Shown: positions 1 to 10,404 of the stretch, piece after piece
Position numbering within the stretch: the first letter of the stretch is position 1
Layout of the letters: each line of letters starts with the position of its first letter
Assembly: GCA_036504035.1 (NCBI GenBank)
Contig: DASXVV010000009.1
Coordinates: 577,751-641,750 of the forward strand
Direction of reading: 5' to 3'
DNA length: 64,000 bases
Origin: Candidatus Deferrimicrobiaceae bacterium
Lineage (GTDB): Bacteria; Desulfobacterota; Deferrimicrobia; Deferrimicrobiales; Deferrimicrobiaceae
The notes under the pieces: generated by a model
Databases searched by the model: none
What the model was told of the DNA's origin: nothing
What the model saw: the letters and a program-made list of their open reading frames with translations, nothing else
Position numbers and translations under genes: made by a program

Positions 1-152
1 ACGGCGACGAAGACGGTCCCCGGGACGATCCCCTGGAGCGTCACCGTCCCCCCTGCGGCGGTTGTCGTCCCCCCGCCCCCGCCGCAGGCGGCCAATCCCG
101 CCGCGAACGCGAGGACGAATATCGCAGACATGAATCCTTTCGCTCTTGCCAT
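1..152 (-). CDS. Lipoprotein, N-terminal part only (gene continues past the window start); signal peptide followed by LAAC-GGGGG lipobox
   Basis: The reverse complement of 100-158 gives AAGGAG ATGACCATGGCAAGAGCG..., translating to MTMARAKGFMSAIFVLAFAAGLAACGGGGG, a lipoprotein signal. It lies downstream of, and on the same strand as, the outer-membrane-protein gene. Confidence 0.5.
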   Translation of the reverse strand, partial: MARAKGFMSAIFVLAFAAGLAACGGGGGTTTAAGGTVTLQGIVPGTVFVA

Positions 153-183
153 GGTCATCTCCTTGGTCAGTGTTAAATCGTGG

Positions 184-1071
184 TCAGAACCGGTAGCCGA
201 GTCCGGCGTATCCGGTGTGCGCAGCGGAAGAGCCCAGCTCTCCCCGCCGCGTCGTGAACGTGTAGTTCGCCGCGGTAAAGATCGAACGTGTCCAGTCGTA
301 CTCGGCCGAAACCCCGACGGAGTGACGATTAACCCGATCCCGCACGACTTCGGAACCGAATGCCGAGGAAAACATCCGGGGCATCCCGCTCCCGATGCCG
401 CCCATGCCGCCGACTCCTCCTCCGCCTGCCGACGAATTTCCGGTCGAACGGAAGGAATCGCCACGGCCGTACTCGTACCCGATCTCGGCGGACGCCTTTT
501 CGCTGAACGTCTTGCCCAGCGTGACCCCGAGGGCGTGTTCGGAATATGAAAAGACATCCGAGCTCGCATGACTGTTCGTGTAGACGTAATACTCTCCGAG
601 CACCAGGTCGTCCTGGAGGCGCTGCTTCATCTGAAGCCGCCCCCCCGCATCGAATGCGGACTGGTTGCTGTCCTTGACGCCCTTCGCCTGGAGAAACGGG
701 GATACGGACAGCGTCCAGGACGGCCGCAACTTGAAGACCAATCCCGGCGCGACGGTCGCCGACACCGAATCGAGATCGGAGACGTTGGCGTGCGCGGTCC
801 CATCGGCGATCGCCGTGAAGAACCAGTCCCGCGATTCATCGCCGGACGGTTCCCGGCCGTAGCCCGCATAGGCGGACAGGAACCCGTCGCTCTTCCCGCT
901 TCCCCCGATCGTGCGGCTGACGTTCGTATCGAACCCCGCCTTGGCCCCGGCTTCCCACCCTGCGATCGCCGGGGTACCGGCCAGCAGGAACAGCCCGATC
1001 CCGCCCCATGCGATTCCTTTACGAAGCATCATCCCGTGCCCCCTCTTCCAAAGATTTCCGCGGACCCTCAA
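184..1071 (-). CDS. Outer-membrane beta-barrel protein (C-terminal Phe, alternating amphipathic strands, Gly/Met-rich internal segment)
   Basis: The N-terminus has a signal peptide (h-region GGIGLFLLAGTPAIA) and the C-terminus is ...GYAGLGYRF, the usual outer-membrane-protein terminal motif. The start overlaps the upstream stop as ATGA at 1068-1071; an alternative start is the Met at 1032. Confidence 0.6.
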   Translation of the reverse strand: MRVRGNLWKRGHGMMLRKGIAWGGIGLFLLAGTPAIAGWEAGAKAGFDTNVSRTIGGSGKSDGFLSAYAGYGREPSGDESRDWFFTAIADGTAHANVSDLDSVSATVAPGLVFKLRPSWTLSVSPFLQAKGVKDSNQSAFDAGGRLQMKQRLQDDLVLGEYYVYTNSHASSDVFSYSEHALGVTLGKTFSEKASAEIGYEYGRGDSFRSTGNSSAGGGGVGGMGGIGSGMPRMFSSAFGSEVVRDRVNRHSVGVSAEYDWTRSIFTAANYTFTTRRGELGSSAAHTGYAGLGYRF

Positions 1072-1688
1072 CGCCTCCGGCCGCCCATGCCGCCGATGCC
1101 GCCGCCCATGCCGCCGCCAGCGCCACCGATTCCGCCCATCCCGCCGACGCCGCCCATGCCGCCGACCCGGCCGGATCCGCTTCCCATCAAGCCGCCTACG
1201 GGAGAAGCCGACCCGTCTTTCGATCCGGCGACTCCACGGCTTCCGTTCATCCAGAGCGGCGCGCCGGAGCCATCACGAAATGCGAGCTCCTTGCCCGACG
1301 ATGTGACCCGGACCCGTTGCGCGACGATGTACAGATTGCCGTCCTTGCCGAGCGATTTCGATCCGCGCACCCGAATATCCGTCCCGTCGGGAAGATCGGC
1401 GCCGATCTCGCTCCAATATTTTCCGGATGAGGCGAGCACCGTGTATCGCTCGGCGCCGGTATCCAGCCGGAAGCGGACGGGACCTTCACCGGACCGGGCC
1501 ACCCCGTACGCCTTCCCCGTCACGTCGCCTACCGTGTTCGGATCGAAACCGCCCGGATAGCGGATACCGCTGCCGGGAAGCACCCCGTCCTTTTCCCCGG
1601 CCCTTGCAATGCCGGTGGTCAGCACGGGAATGGCGAACATGAGAAACAGCGCCACCCACGAACAGATTTTCCTGATTGGACTCATCAC
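1068..1688 (-). CDS. Secreted protein with a C-terminal Gly/Met-rich repeat tract (GGMGG x several); function unknown
   Basis: Signal peptide MMSPIRKICSWVALFLMFAIPVLTTGIARA. The C-terminal 60 aa are almost entirely G/M/S/V. It is the first gene after the sigma-54 promoter. Confidence 0.55.
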   Translation of the reverse strand: MMSPIRKICSWVALFLMFAIPVLTTGIARAGEKDGVLPGSGIRYPGGFDPNTVGDVTGKAYGVARSGEGPVRFRLDTGAERYTVLASSGKYWSEIGADLPDGTDIRVRGSKSLGKDGNLYIVAQRVRVTSSGKELAFRDGSGAPLWMNGSRGVAGSKDGSASPVGGLMGSGSGRVGGMGGVGGMGGIGGAGGGMGGGIGGMGGRRR

Positions 1689-1727
1689 TTCTCCCCCGCG
1701 GTTCGTTGATTGATTGACTGTAGAAGA

Positions 1728-1743
1728 GCAACCCGCGTGCCAT
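1728..1743 (-). promoter_or_regulatory. Sigma-54 (RpoN) -24/-12 promoter, TGGCAC-N5-TTGC, reading toward the 1688 start codon
   Basis: The plus strand reads gcaacccgcgtgccat; its reverse complement is ATGGCACGCGGGTTGC, an exact TGGCAC-N5-TTGC match about 40 nt upstream of the ATG at 1688. An NtrC-family activator is encoded immediately upstream. Confidence 0.6.
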
Positions 1744-1880
1744 ACCGATCGGTTACGGCAACCTACTGAAATGACAGGGTTGTCCGGACAGGTTGCATTC
1801 GGGGGAGCAAACGGGGGGTGCAGGGATTTGCACGTCCGGGTGCAGCGGCTTGCACTGCCGGGTGCGGTAGTCGGGGCGAG

Positions 1881-3177
<1,297 letters not shown>

Positions 3178-3206
<29 letters not shown>

Positions 3207-4506
3207 GCCCGGCTCCCTCCCGTTTCCCTTTCGGCAGGCGGACGACGAAGGCGGCGCCGCGCCCGTCCTCCCGGTTGGACAGGTCGATGCTCCCGCCCAT
3301 CCCCTCGATCACCTTCCGGGAATAAGCCAGCCCGAGGCCGGTTCCGTCGACCCGGGTCGTGTAGAAGGGGGTGAACAGCCGCGGCGCCTCGGAGGCCGCG
3401 ATTCCCGGCCCGGTGTCCTCGATGCGGATTTCGGCCCATCCGCCGTCCCCGCGCGCCGTCACCCGGAGAACCCCGGCGTCGCCCATGGCCTGGAGTGCGT
3501 TCCGGACGCCGTTGACCAGGACCCGCCGGAGCTTTTCGGCGTCCGCCTTGACGAACAGCCCTCGCCCCGCCTCGGCTTCCAGGCGTCCCGCCCATCCGGA
3601 GGCTTCGGACTTGATCACCGTTTGCACGATGCCGTCCAACTCCACCGTTCCGATCTCGTACGTCTCTTCCTTCGAGAATCGCAAAAGGTCGTCCACCAGT
3701 CCTTCGATGCGCCGGCTTCCTTCCAGGATGGCCGCGAGCCCCTTTTTCCTCGGATCGGCCCCGTCGACCTTCTCGTCCACCCATTGGGCGAACCCCTTGA
3801 CCCCGCCGATCGCGTTCCGGATCTCGTGGGCCAGCGTGGCGGTCATCTGCCCTATCAACGCCAACCTTTCCCGGCGATCCGCTTCCGCCCTGAGACGGAA
3901 ATGTCGGGTGAGCAGCCGCTCAACGAGAATCCCGGCCGTCCAAAGGAGGAACAGCAGCCCCCCGACCGACTCCCACATCGTCTTCCCGCCCGCCGCGATG
4001 GCGTCCGCCTGCGTGGTGTGAAGCACGATGCGGAGCATCTGTCCGCCTTCTTTCGAACGAAGGACGTGATCGAATTCGTACGCGGGCAGGCCCGTGCCGA
4101 GCGTCACCCGCCGGCCGGAGGATTTCCCCGGCTGCCGCAACAGGCCCGCCGGCATCGCGCCGGAAAGCCGGGTTCCGACCATCAGCGGGTTCGTATGGAA
4201 GAGGACGGTGCCGTCTTCCCGGGCGATCAGCGCGTAGGCGACGACCTGATCCGCGAACAATGTCCGGATATCTCCGGCTTCGCCTGCCCCGCCGGAGCGA
4301 AGCGCATTTTCGGCAGAGGCGGAAAGGGCAAGCGCCGTGCTTCCCAGGGAGGCCTCCGCGAGCGCCTGCGCCTTGCGGGTGTACAGGCCTGTGGCGCGAA
4401 GGACGACGACGGAGCTCAGCACGAGGAACAGGATCAGGATCGTCCGGAAGACCGCGAGGGAAGCGCGGGGGGGATCGGCGAAGGGTGGTGCTGATGGCGT
4501 ATCCAC
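3178..4506 (-). CDS. Sensor histidine kinase (membrane N-terminus, HisKA H-box, HATPase)
   Basis: H-box LAHEIRNAIGGV; G-box GTGLGLA. It overlaps the response-regulator gene by 29 nt, so the two form an operon. Confidence 0.85.
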
Positions 4507-4530
4507 TCGGTCCCCCGGGATATGTGGGGC

Positions 4531-5442
4531 TTACGTCCTGGGCTCGCGGGGGCAGGCAGCAGGGCCGTCGCACTCGATCCGGCACGGGTCGACGTGGGTC
4601 ACGACGGTCGCTTTTCCCAGCAGCGCGGCGACTTCTTCCTCGAGCTTGTCGGCCACGGCGTGAGCGTCGTAGACGGTGGCCTCGCGGCAGAAGACGACGT
4701 GGAAGTCGACCTGGTATTCGGATCCGGCGCGCCGCGTGCGCAGGTCGTGGTAATCGACGACCATGGGCCGGTGCGATTCGATGACCTTGCGGATCTCGGC
4801 GACGGTTTCTTCCGGCAGCGTCCGGTCGAGCAACTCTTGCGCGGCCTCGAACAGCAGCTTGCCGGCGGCGAAAAGGATGTAGACGCCGACCGCGAGCGCG
4901 ATGCCGGAATCGATCCACTTCCAGCCGGTGAACCGGTAGACGAGGAGCGCGGCCAGGATGCCGCCGTTGGTGTAGACGTCGGTGGCGAAATGGAGCGCAT
5001 CGGCGGTCAGGACGCTGGAGCCGGTCTCCCGTCCCGCGCGCCGCAGGTAGGCCGTGACCGCCAGCGAAGCGAGGACGCCGATCAGCATCACCGCGATCCC
5101 GCCGTCCGCCGAGTCTGGCGCCTTCCCTTCGCGCAGCCGTGCGATCCCCTCCCGGATGACCCACATGCCGGTGAAGGCGATCACCGATCCCTGGAAAAGC
5201 GTCGCCAGCGCCTCGACCTTGCCGTGGCCGTACGGGTGCTGGGCGTCGGGCGGCTGCATCGACTCGTGGATCGAGAAGAGGTTGACGGCCGACATGAGGA
5301 TGTCGGCGAGGGAATCGAACGCGGAGGAAAGGACGCCGAGCGAGCCGGTGAGCACGCCCACGGCAAATTTCGACACGCAAAGCCCGATGGCCGCGGAGAT
5401 CGAGACGATGCCGGCCCGGACGCGCCGGTCGAGACCGCTCAT
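4531..5442 (-). CDS. Cation diffusion facilitator (CDF) family divalent-metal efflux transporter
   Basis: The sequence MSGLDRR...SAFDSLADILMSAVNLFS...HFATDVYTNGG...HVVFCREATVYDAH matches the CDF topology plus C-terminal cytoplasmic domain. The upstream part of the 770-aa ORF in the track is an artefact. Confidence 0.85.
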   Translation of the reverse strand: MSGLDRRVRAGIVSISAAIGLCVSKFAVGVLTGSLGVLSSAFDSLADILMSAVNLFSIHESMQPPDAQHPYGHGKVEALATLFQGSVIAFTGMWVIREGIARLREGKAPDSADGGIAVMLIGVLASLAVTAYLRRAGRETGSSVLTADALHFATDVYTNGGILAALLVYRFTGWKWIDSGIALAVGVYILFAAGKLLFEAAQELLDRTLPEETVAEIRKVIESHRPMVVDYHDLRTRRAGSEYQVDFHVVFCREATVYDAHAVADKLEEEVAALLGKATVVTHVDPCRIECDGPAACPREPRT

Positions 5443-6476
5443 GACGCGGGCTGCTGCTGCGTGAGGCAGTGCAGCGTGCCGAAGCCCCACACGAGGTCGA
5501 CGGCGTGGATCCCCACGACGGGGCGGTCCGGAAACAGCTCCGCGAGGATGCCGAGCGCGACCCGGTCGTTCGGGTCGTTGAACGTGGGCACGATCACCGC
5601 GGCGTTGCCGATGTAGAAATTGGCGTAGCTGGCGGGCAGGCGCACGCCATCGAACATGAGCGGCGCGGGCATCGGCAGCGGCACGACCGAGATCCGGCCG
5701 CCGTCCTCGAGACGAGCGCCGGAGAGCCGCTCCCGGTTCTCGGAGAGCGGGGCGTAGTTCGCGTCCTTCGGGTTCTTCTCGTCGCACAGCACCACGGTCG
5801 TCGGATTGACGAAGCGGCACAGGTCGTCGACGTGGCCGTGCGTGTCGTCGCCCGCGATCCCCTTCCCCAGCCAGACGACGTTCGTCACGCCAAGGTGGTC
5901 GCGCAGCGCCTGTTCCGTGCCCGCCTTCGACAGCCCCGGATTGCGGACCTGCGTCCCGGGGTCGAGCAGGCACTCCTCGGTGGTCAGAAGCGTGCCGCGC
6001 CCGTTGACATCGATCGCGCCGCCTTCGAGGACGAACGGTTTCCCCGTGTCGGGCCGCAGCGCGGGAAGCAGCGGCAGGCCGAGCGCTTTCGCGCCGCGTG
6101 CGTGCGTCTTCGCGTCCTTTTTCCAGTTGTCGTACTTCGCCCAGGCGTTGAAGCCGAAGCCGACGACGGCCGCTTCGGGGTTGCGCCCTTCCTTGGCGAC
6201 GAAGATCGGGCCCATGTCGCGCGTCCAGCCGCGGTCGGTCGGAAAGCGGAAAAATTCGACGCCGGTCGGATCGACGCCGGTCTTCGCCAGCACCCGCCGC
6301 GCCTTCGCTTCGTGGGCCGCATCCTCGACGATGATCCGGACGGTCTCGCCGGGCGACAGCTTGCGGACGATCTCGCCGAACACCCAGGGGATCGGCGCGA
6401 ATTTGCCCGGCCAGTCCTTCGGGTTGTGCGGCCAGCCGATCCAGGTCGCCGCGTGGCGCTCCCACTCGGCCGGCAT
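5439..6476 (-). CDS. aguA: Agmatine deiminase (peptidyl-arginine deiminase family)
   Basis: The 345-aa region MPAEWERHAATWIGWPH...GTLHCLTQQQP matches the AguA family along its length. Its stop overlaps the CDF start as ATGA at 5439-5442. Confidence 0.85.
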   Translation of the reverse strand: MPAEWERHAATWIGWPHNPKDWPGKFAPIPWVFGEIVRKLSPGETVRIIVEDAAHEAKARRVLAKTGVDPTGVEFFRFPTDRGWTRDMGPIFVAKEGRNPEAAVVGFGFNAWAKYDNWKKDAKTHARGAKALGLPLLPALRPDTGKPFVLEGGAIDVNGRGTLLTTEECLLDPGTQVRNPGLSKAGTEQALRDHLGVTNVVWLGKGIAGDDTHGHVDDLCRFVNPTTVVLCDEKNPKDANYAPLSENRERLSGARLEDGGRISVVPLPMPAPLMFDGVRLPASYANFYIGNAAVIVPTFNDPNDRVALGILAELFPDRPVVGIHAVDLVWGFGTLHCLTQQQPAS

Positions 6477-6520
6477 CCGGAAGCCGGCGGCCGCCGGCGT
6501 CTGCTGCGGGGCGGAGGCGG

Positions 6521-7441
6521 TCACCGGCGCCCCCCGAACGGCTCCTGGTCGAGGTAGCGAGCCGAGATCGGCGCGAAGGCGTCGATGCGTCGGTCGCGCA
6601 GGAAGGGCCAGTTGCGCCGGACGTCCTCGATGCGTGCGACGTCGACCTCGGAGACGAGGATCTCCTCGTGGTCGACGGACGCTTCCGCCACAAGCTGCCC
6701 CTGCGGGTCGGCGAGGAACGACGTGCCCCAGAACTCGATCCCGGGGCCTCCCTCGGGCGGCAGCTCGTGCCCAACCCGGTTTGCGGCGGCGACGTAGAGC
6801 CCGTTTGCGACCGCATGCCCGCGCTGCACGGTCTTCCACGCATCGCGCTGCGCCGCGCCGTTTTCCGCCTTCTCGCGCGGGTGCCAGCCGATCGCGGTCG
6901 GGTAGACGAGCAGCTCGGCGCCGAGCAGCGCGGTCAGCCGCGCCGCTTCCGGGTACCACTGGTCCCAGCAGATGAGCGTGCCGATCGCGCCGAAGCGGGT
7001 GTGGAAGCAGCGGAAGCCGAGGTCCCCCGGCGTGAAATAAAACTTTTCGTAGTAGGACGGGTCGTCCGGAATGTGCATCTTGCGGTAGATCCCGAGCACG
7101 CTTCCGTCGGCGTCGACCACCGCCAGCGAATTGTGATAGATCCCGGGCGCGCGCCGCTCGAAGAACGGCGCGACTACGACGACGCCGCATCCCTTCGCCA
7201 CGCGCGCCATCGTCGAGACCGTCGGGCCGTCGGCCGGTTCGGCCAGGTCGAACAGCGCGGCGTCCTCCCGCTGGCAGAAGTAGTGAGCCTGCGGCAGCTC
7301 GGGCAGCACGACCACCTGCGCCCCCGCGCCGGCGGCGGATTCGACCAGGGCGGCGCACTTCTCGATGTTCTCGGGCGGCTTCGGCCCCATCGCCATCTGG
7401 ACCAGTCCAAGGGCGAACTTGCGGGCGTACGGTGCGTTCAT
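6521..7441 (-). CDS. aguB: N-carbamoylputrescine amidohydrolase (carbon-nitrogen hydrolase/nitrilase superfamily)
   Basis: The sequence MNAPYARKFALGLVQMAMG...ICWDQWYPE...EILVSEVD is the CN-hydrolase fold with the Cys in the ICWD motif. The start was chosen at the Met that fits family length. Confidence 0.8.
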   Translation of the reverse strand: MNAPYARKFALGLVQMAMGPKPPENIEKCAALVESAAGAGAQVVVLPELPQAHYFCQREDAALFDLAEPADGPTVSTMARVAKGCGVVVVAPFFERRAPGIYHNSLAVVDADGSVLGIYRKMHIPDDPSYYEKFYFTPGDLGFRCFHTRFGAIGTLICWDQWYPEAARLTALLGAELLVYPTAIGWHPREKAENGAAQRDAWKTVQRGHAVANGLYVAAANRVGHELPPEGGPGIEFWGTSFLADPQGQLVAEASVDHEEILVSEVDVARIEDVRRNWPFLRDRRIDAFAPISARYLDQEPFGGRR

Positions 7442-7479
7442 CGGGCGCAAGGCTCCTTCATCACCAAAGATTAATTTTC

Positions 7480-7962
7480 CATTATACCCGGAGGATGCCC
7501 CGTTGCGTCCATCGAACGGGCGGGATTGGGAGCCGGGCATGACTCCCGTCGCTCTGGGTCGCCCGAGGGTCCCCGGCTAGCGCCAAGCGGGGGCTCCCTT
7601 CCCGGGGGACGATTTGCCGGCCCATCCATGGGCCGTCGGCATCTCCCTTCGGCTCGCCTCCGGCATCCATGCCTCCCGGCGAGCCTCAGAGGCCCCCGTC
7701 CAGGGACCCCCGCTTTGGCGTACGCCGGAGAGCGTGAGGCCTCCATTAAGCGCATGAAAGGATCGTCCGGGCATCCTCCTCCCGATGTGCAGCGGCAAAG
7801 GGTGTCCCCTGACGGGGGCCTATGCCCCGAGCGGGTGTAGCCGCCATGGATGGCGGCGCGAGGGGTATGGAGTCGCAGGGAGGGCAGGGATGCCCGAGCA
7901 AGACGTCCCCCGGAAGGGGATACCCGTGACGCGAAGCGTCGGGAGCCCTGCCCGGCCGCAGG
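7480..7962. repeat. Intergenic region containing a copy of a dispersed repeat family (core gggggcctatgccccgagcgggtgtagccgccatggatggcggcgcgagggg at about 7806-7862)
   Basis: The core recurs at 34016-34100, and related segments occur at 26880-27215. Confidence 0.5.
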
Positions 7963-7963
7963 G

Positions 7964-9238
7964 TTACGGGTACAGCCCGCGGAAGCGCATCGCCTCGGCG
8001 ACGCGGGAAATGCCGATCATCAGCGCGGCCATCCGGTGCCCGACCTTCCGCTCGGCGGACAGCGCCATCACCTCGTTGAAGGCGCGCGTCATGATCTTCT
8101 CGAGCCGCCCGGAGATCTCGGCCAGGTCCCAGAAATACTGCTGCGAGTCCTGCACCCATTCGAAATAGGAGACGGTGACGCCGCCCGCGTTGCCGAGGAT
8201 ATCGGGGATGATGAAAACGCCTTTATCCTCGAGAATCCGGTCTGCCTCGAGCGTGGTCGGGCCGTTGGCCCCCTCCGCAAGAATGCGGCACCGGATGCGG
8301 GGAGCGTTCTCAGCCGTGATCTGCCCCGAGGTCGCGGCGGGCACCAGGATGTCGCACGGAATTTCGAGGATCTGCGCATTGGTCACCGGCGACCCGCCGG
8401 AAAATGCGGAGACCGGCTGCTTCCATTCGACGTGGTGCAGCAGCGCTTCCAGGTCGATCCCGGCCGGATTATGCACCCCGCCGTCGACGTCGCTGACCGC
8501 GATCAGCTTGATGCCCCGCTTCACGAGCTCCTGCGCCGCGACCGCGCCGACGTTGCCGAAGCCCTGGACGACCGCCGTCATCTTCCCGGGCTCGAGCCCG
8601 AGGTGGTCGAGCGCCGCCATGACGAGGTTGACCAGCCCGCTGCCGGTCGCCTCGCGCCGCCCCACCGACCCCCCGATGACGGCCGGCTTGCCGGTCACGA
8701 CGCCCGGAACCGAGTGGCCGACCTGCGTGGAATAGGTGTCCATGATCCACGCCATCGTCTGTTCGTTGGTGTACATGTCGGGCGCCGGAATGTCCTTGTC
8801 GGGCCCGATGAAGTTGAAGATCTCGAAGGTGAAGCGGCGCGTCATCCGCTGGAGCTCGCCCCGCGACATCTTCGTCGCGTCGACGCAGATGCCGCCCTTG
8901 GCGCCGCCGAACGGGATATTCATCAGCGCGCACTTCCACGTCATCCACATCGCGAGCGCCGTCACCTCCTCGAGGTTGACGGTCGGGGCGTAGCGGATTC
9001 CGCCTTTGCCCGGCCCCAGCGTCACGTTGTGCTGGACGCGGTAGCCCGTGAACGACGCGACGTGGCCGTCGTCCATCCGGACGGGCACGGTCACGATCAG
9101 CGACCGCTTCGCGTGGCGCAGCCGCTCCGTGAGATTCGGGTCGAGCGACAGGAGCTCGGCGGCCTTGTCCAGCTGGGCGAGCGCCTCCTTGAGTGCGTTC
9201 TGCCCCTCCTCGGTGGTGCCCATCGTCGGAAACGGCAT
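7964..9238 (-). CDS. gdhA: NAD(P)-specific glutamate dehydrogenase (Glu/Leu/Phe/Val dehydrogenase family)
   Basis: GLGGGKGG-type motif (FGGAKGGI), catalytic Lys region and C-terminal NAD-binding GFGNVG motif. Confidence 0.9.
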   Translation of the reverse strand: MPFPTMGTTEEGQNALKEALAQLDKAAELLSLDPNLTERLRHAKRSLIVTVPVRMDDGHVASFTGYRVQHNVTLGPGKGGIRYAPTVNLEEVTALAMWMTWKCALMNIPFGGAKGGICVDATKMSRGELQRMTRRFTFEIFNFIGPDKDIPAPDMYTNEQTMAWIMDTYSTQVGHSVPGVVTGKPAVIGGSVGRREATGSGLVNLVMAALDHLGLEPGKMTAVVQGFGNVGAVAAQELVKRGIKLIAVSDVDGGVHNPAGIDLEALLHHVEWKQPVSAFSGGSPVTNAQILEIPCDILVPAATSGQITAENAPRIRCRILAEGANGPTTLEADRILEDKGVFIIPDILGNAGGVTVSYFEWVQDSQQYFWDLAEISGRLEKIMTRAFNEVMALSAERKVGHRMAALMIGISRVAEAMRFRGLYP

Positions 9239-9346
9239 GACTCCCCCCTTTTCCCGCATTCTCCCTCAAAGATATGCCTTCCCGGCGGCCTCCCGCAAGG
9301 GAATCCGCGCCGCCGGGAGAGCCGTCTCCATGCTAGACTCCCTCGG

Positions 9347-10381
9347 ATGATCGCCCCTCGCGGAGAATACCGATCCGGGCCCGGAAGTCCCGCCTGGCGA
9401 CGCCTCGCCTCCGGGGAACTTCCGTGGGCGCTCTTGCGCCAAAGGGCCGTAATCCTCGAGCAGACCCGGGCATTCTTCCGGGCCCGCGGCTTTCTCGAGG
9501 TCGACACGCCCCTCGCCCTTGCCTGCCCGAACATCGACCCCAACATCTATCCGGTGACGATCGCCGATGCGGCGGGACGAAGCCGCCCTTTCTACCTTCA
9601 CACCTCCCCCGAGTTGTCGATGAAGAAGCTTCTGGCCGCGGGCTCGGGCGACATCTTCTACCTCGGCAAGGTGTTCCGCGACCGGGAGGGCTCGCCGCTT
9701 CACTGCCCCGAGTTCACGATGCTCGAATGGTACCGGGTCGGCGGGTCGGCCAACGACGTCATGCGCGACGTCGAGGCGCTGGCGCGGGAGCTGGCGCAAT
9801 CCGTCTCCGGGAAGCCGGAGATCGTCCGGGACGGCGCCGCGATTCCCCTTTCGGGAAGCTGGGGGCGATGGGAGCTGGCCGACGCCTTCGCCGAGGCGCT
9901 GGACTGCGCGGCCACCGACGAGGCGGGGATCCGGCGGGCGCTCGAGAAGAAGGGGCACCGGCCGGGCGTGTCCGAAGACTGGGAAGCGCTGTTCTTCCGG
10001 GCGTACGTCGACGTGATCGAGCCCGCGCTGCGCTCGAAGGGCGCCTGCTTCCTCACCGGCTTTCCCGCGCCGCTGGCGGCGATGGCGAAGCGCCGAATGG
10101 ACGATCCGTCGATTTCCGAGCGCTTCGAAGGATACGTTTCCGGCATCGAACTGGTCAACGGGTACGAAGAGCTGACCGACCCGGCAGAACAGGAGCAACG
10201 GCTGCTGGAACTTGCGGAACGACACCGCGGGAATACCGGTGAAATCCTCCCGGTCGATCCCGAATTCCTCGACGCGTTGCGCGCGGGACTTCCGCCCTGC
10301 TCCGGGGCCGCGCTGGGGTTCGACCGGCTCGCGATGCTGCTCCTCGAACGCGACGACATCGCCGACGTCAGCTACCGCTAA
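9347..10381 (+). CDS. epmA: Elongation factor P (R)-beta-lysine ligase (EpmA/PoxA/GenX; truncated class II LysRS paralog)
   Basis: Aligns with E. coli EpmA from LLRQRAVILEQTRAFFRARGFLEVDTP through FYLHTSPE, PEFTMLEWY and GFDRLAML to the C-terminus. The exact start is uncertain. Confidence 0.8.
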   Translation: MIAPRGEYRSGPGSPAWRRLASGELPWALLRQRAVILEQTRAFFRARGFLEVDTPLALACPNIDPNIYPVTIADAAGRSRPFYLHTSPELSMKKLLAAGSGDIFYLGKVFRDREGSPLHCPEFTMLEWYRVGGSANDVMRDVEALARELAQSVSGKPEIVRDGAAIPLSGSWGRWELADAFAEALDCAATDEAGIRRALEKKGHRPGVSEDWEALFFRAYVDVIEPALRSKGACFLTGFPAPLAAMAKRRMDDPSISERFEGYVSGIELVNGYEELTDPAEQEQRLLELAERHRGNTGEILPVDPEFLDALRAGLPPCSGAALGFDRLAMLLLERDDIADVSYR

Positions 10382-10404
10382 CACACAGGAGGGTTCTTAA
10401 TAAT

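Noticed and set aside
130-1560. ORFs 130-549 (+), 568-1560 (+), 911-1306 (+), 1008-1430 (+) and others with Pro/Arg/Ala-rich translations
   Set aside because: They are antisense to the well-supported outer-membrane-protein and secreted-protein genes. Their composition is typical of spurious ORFs in 70% GC DNA.
5439-7358. The N-terminal 290 aa of the 639-aa ORF, and the 770-aa ORF 4531-6843 upstream of the CDF domain
   Set aside because: Only the C-terminal parts match the agmatine deiminase and CDF families. The upstream extensions are low-complexity R/G/A-rich read-through in the wrong frame relative to aguB.
7850-10381. 843-aa ORF on the plus strand spanning the gdhA region
   Set aside because: Only the last ~345 codons match EpmA. 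The first ~500 codons are antisense to gdhA, which has strong Glu-dehydrogenase motifs.
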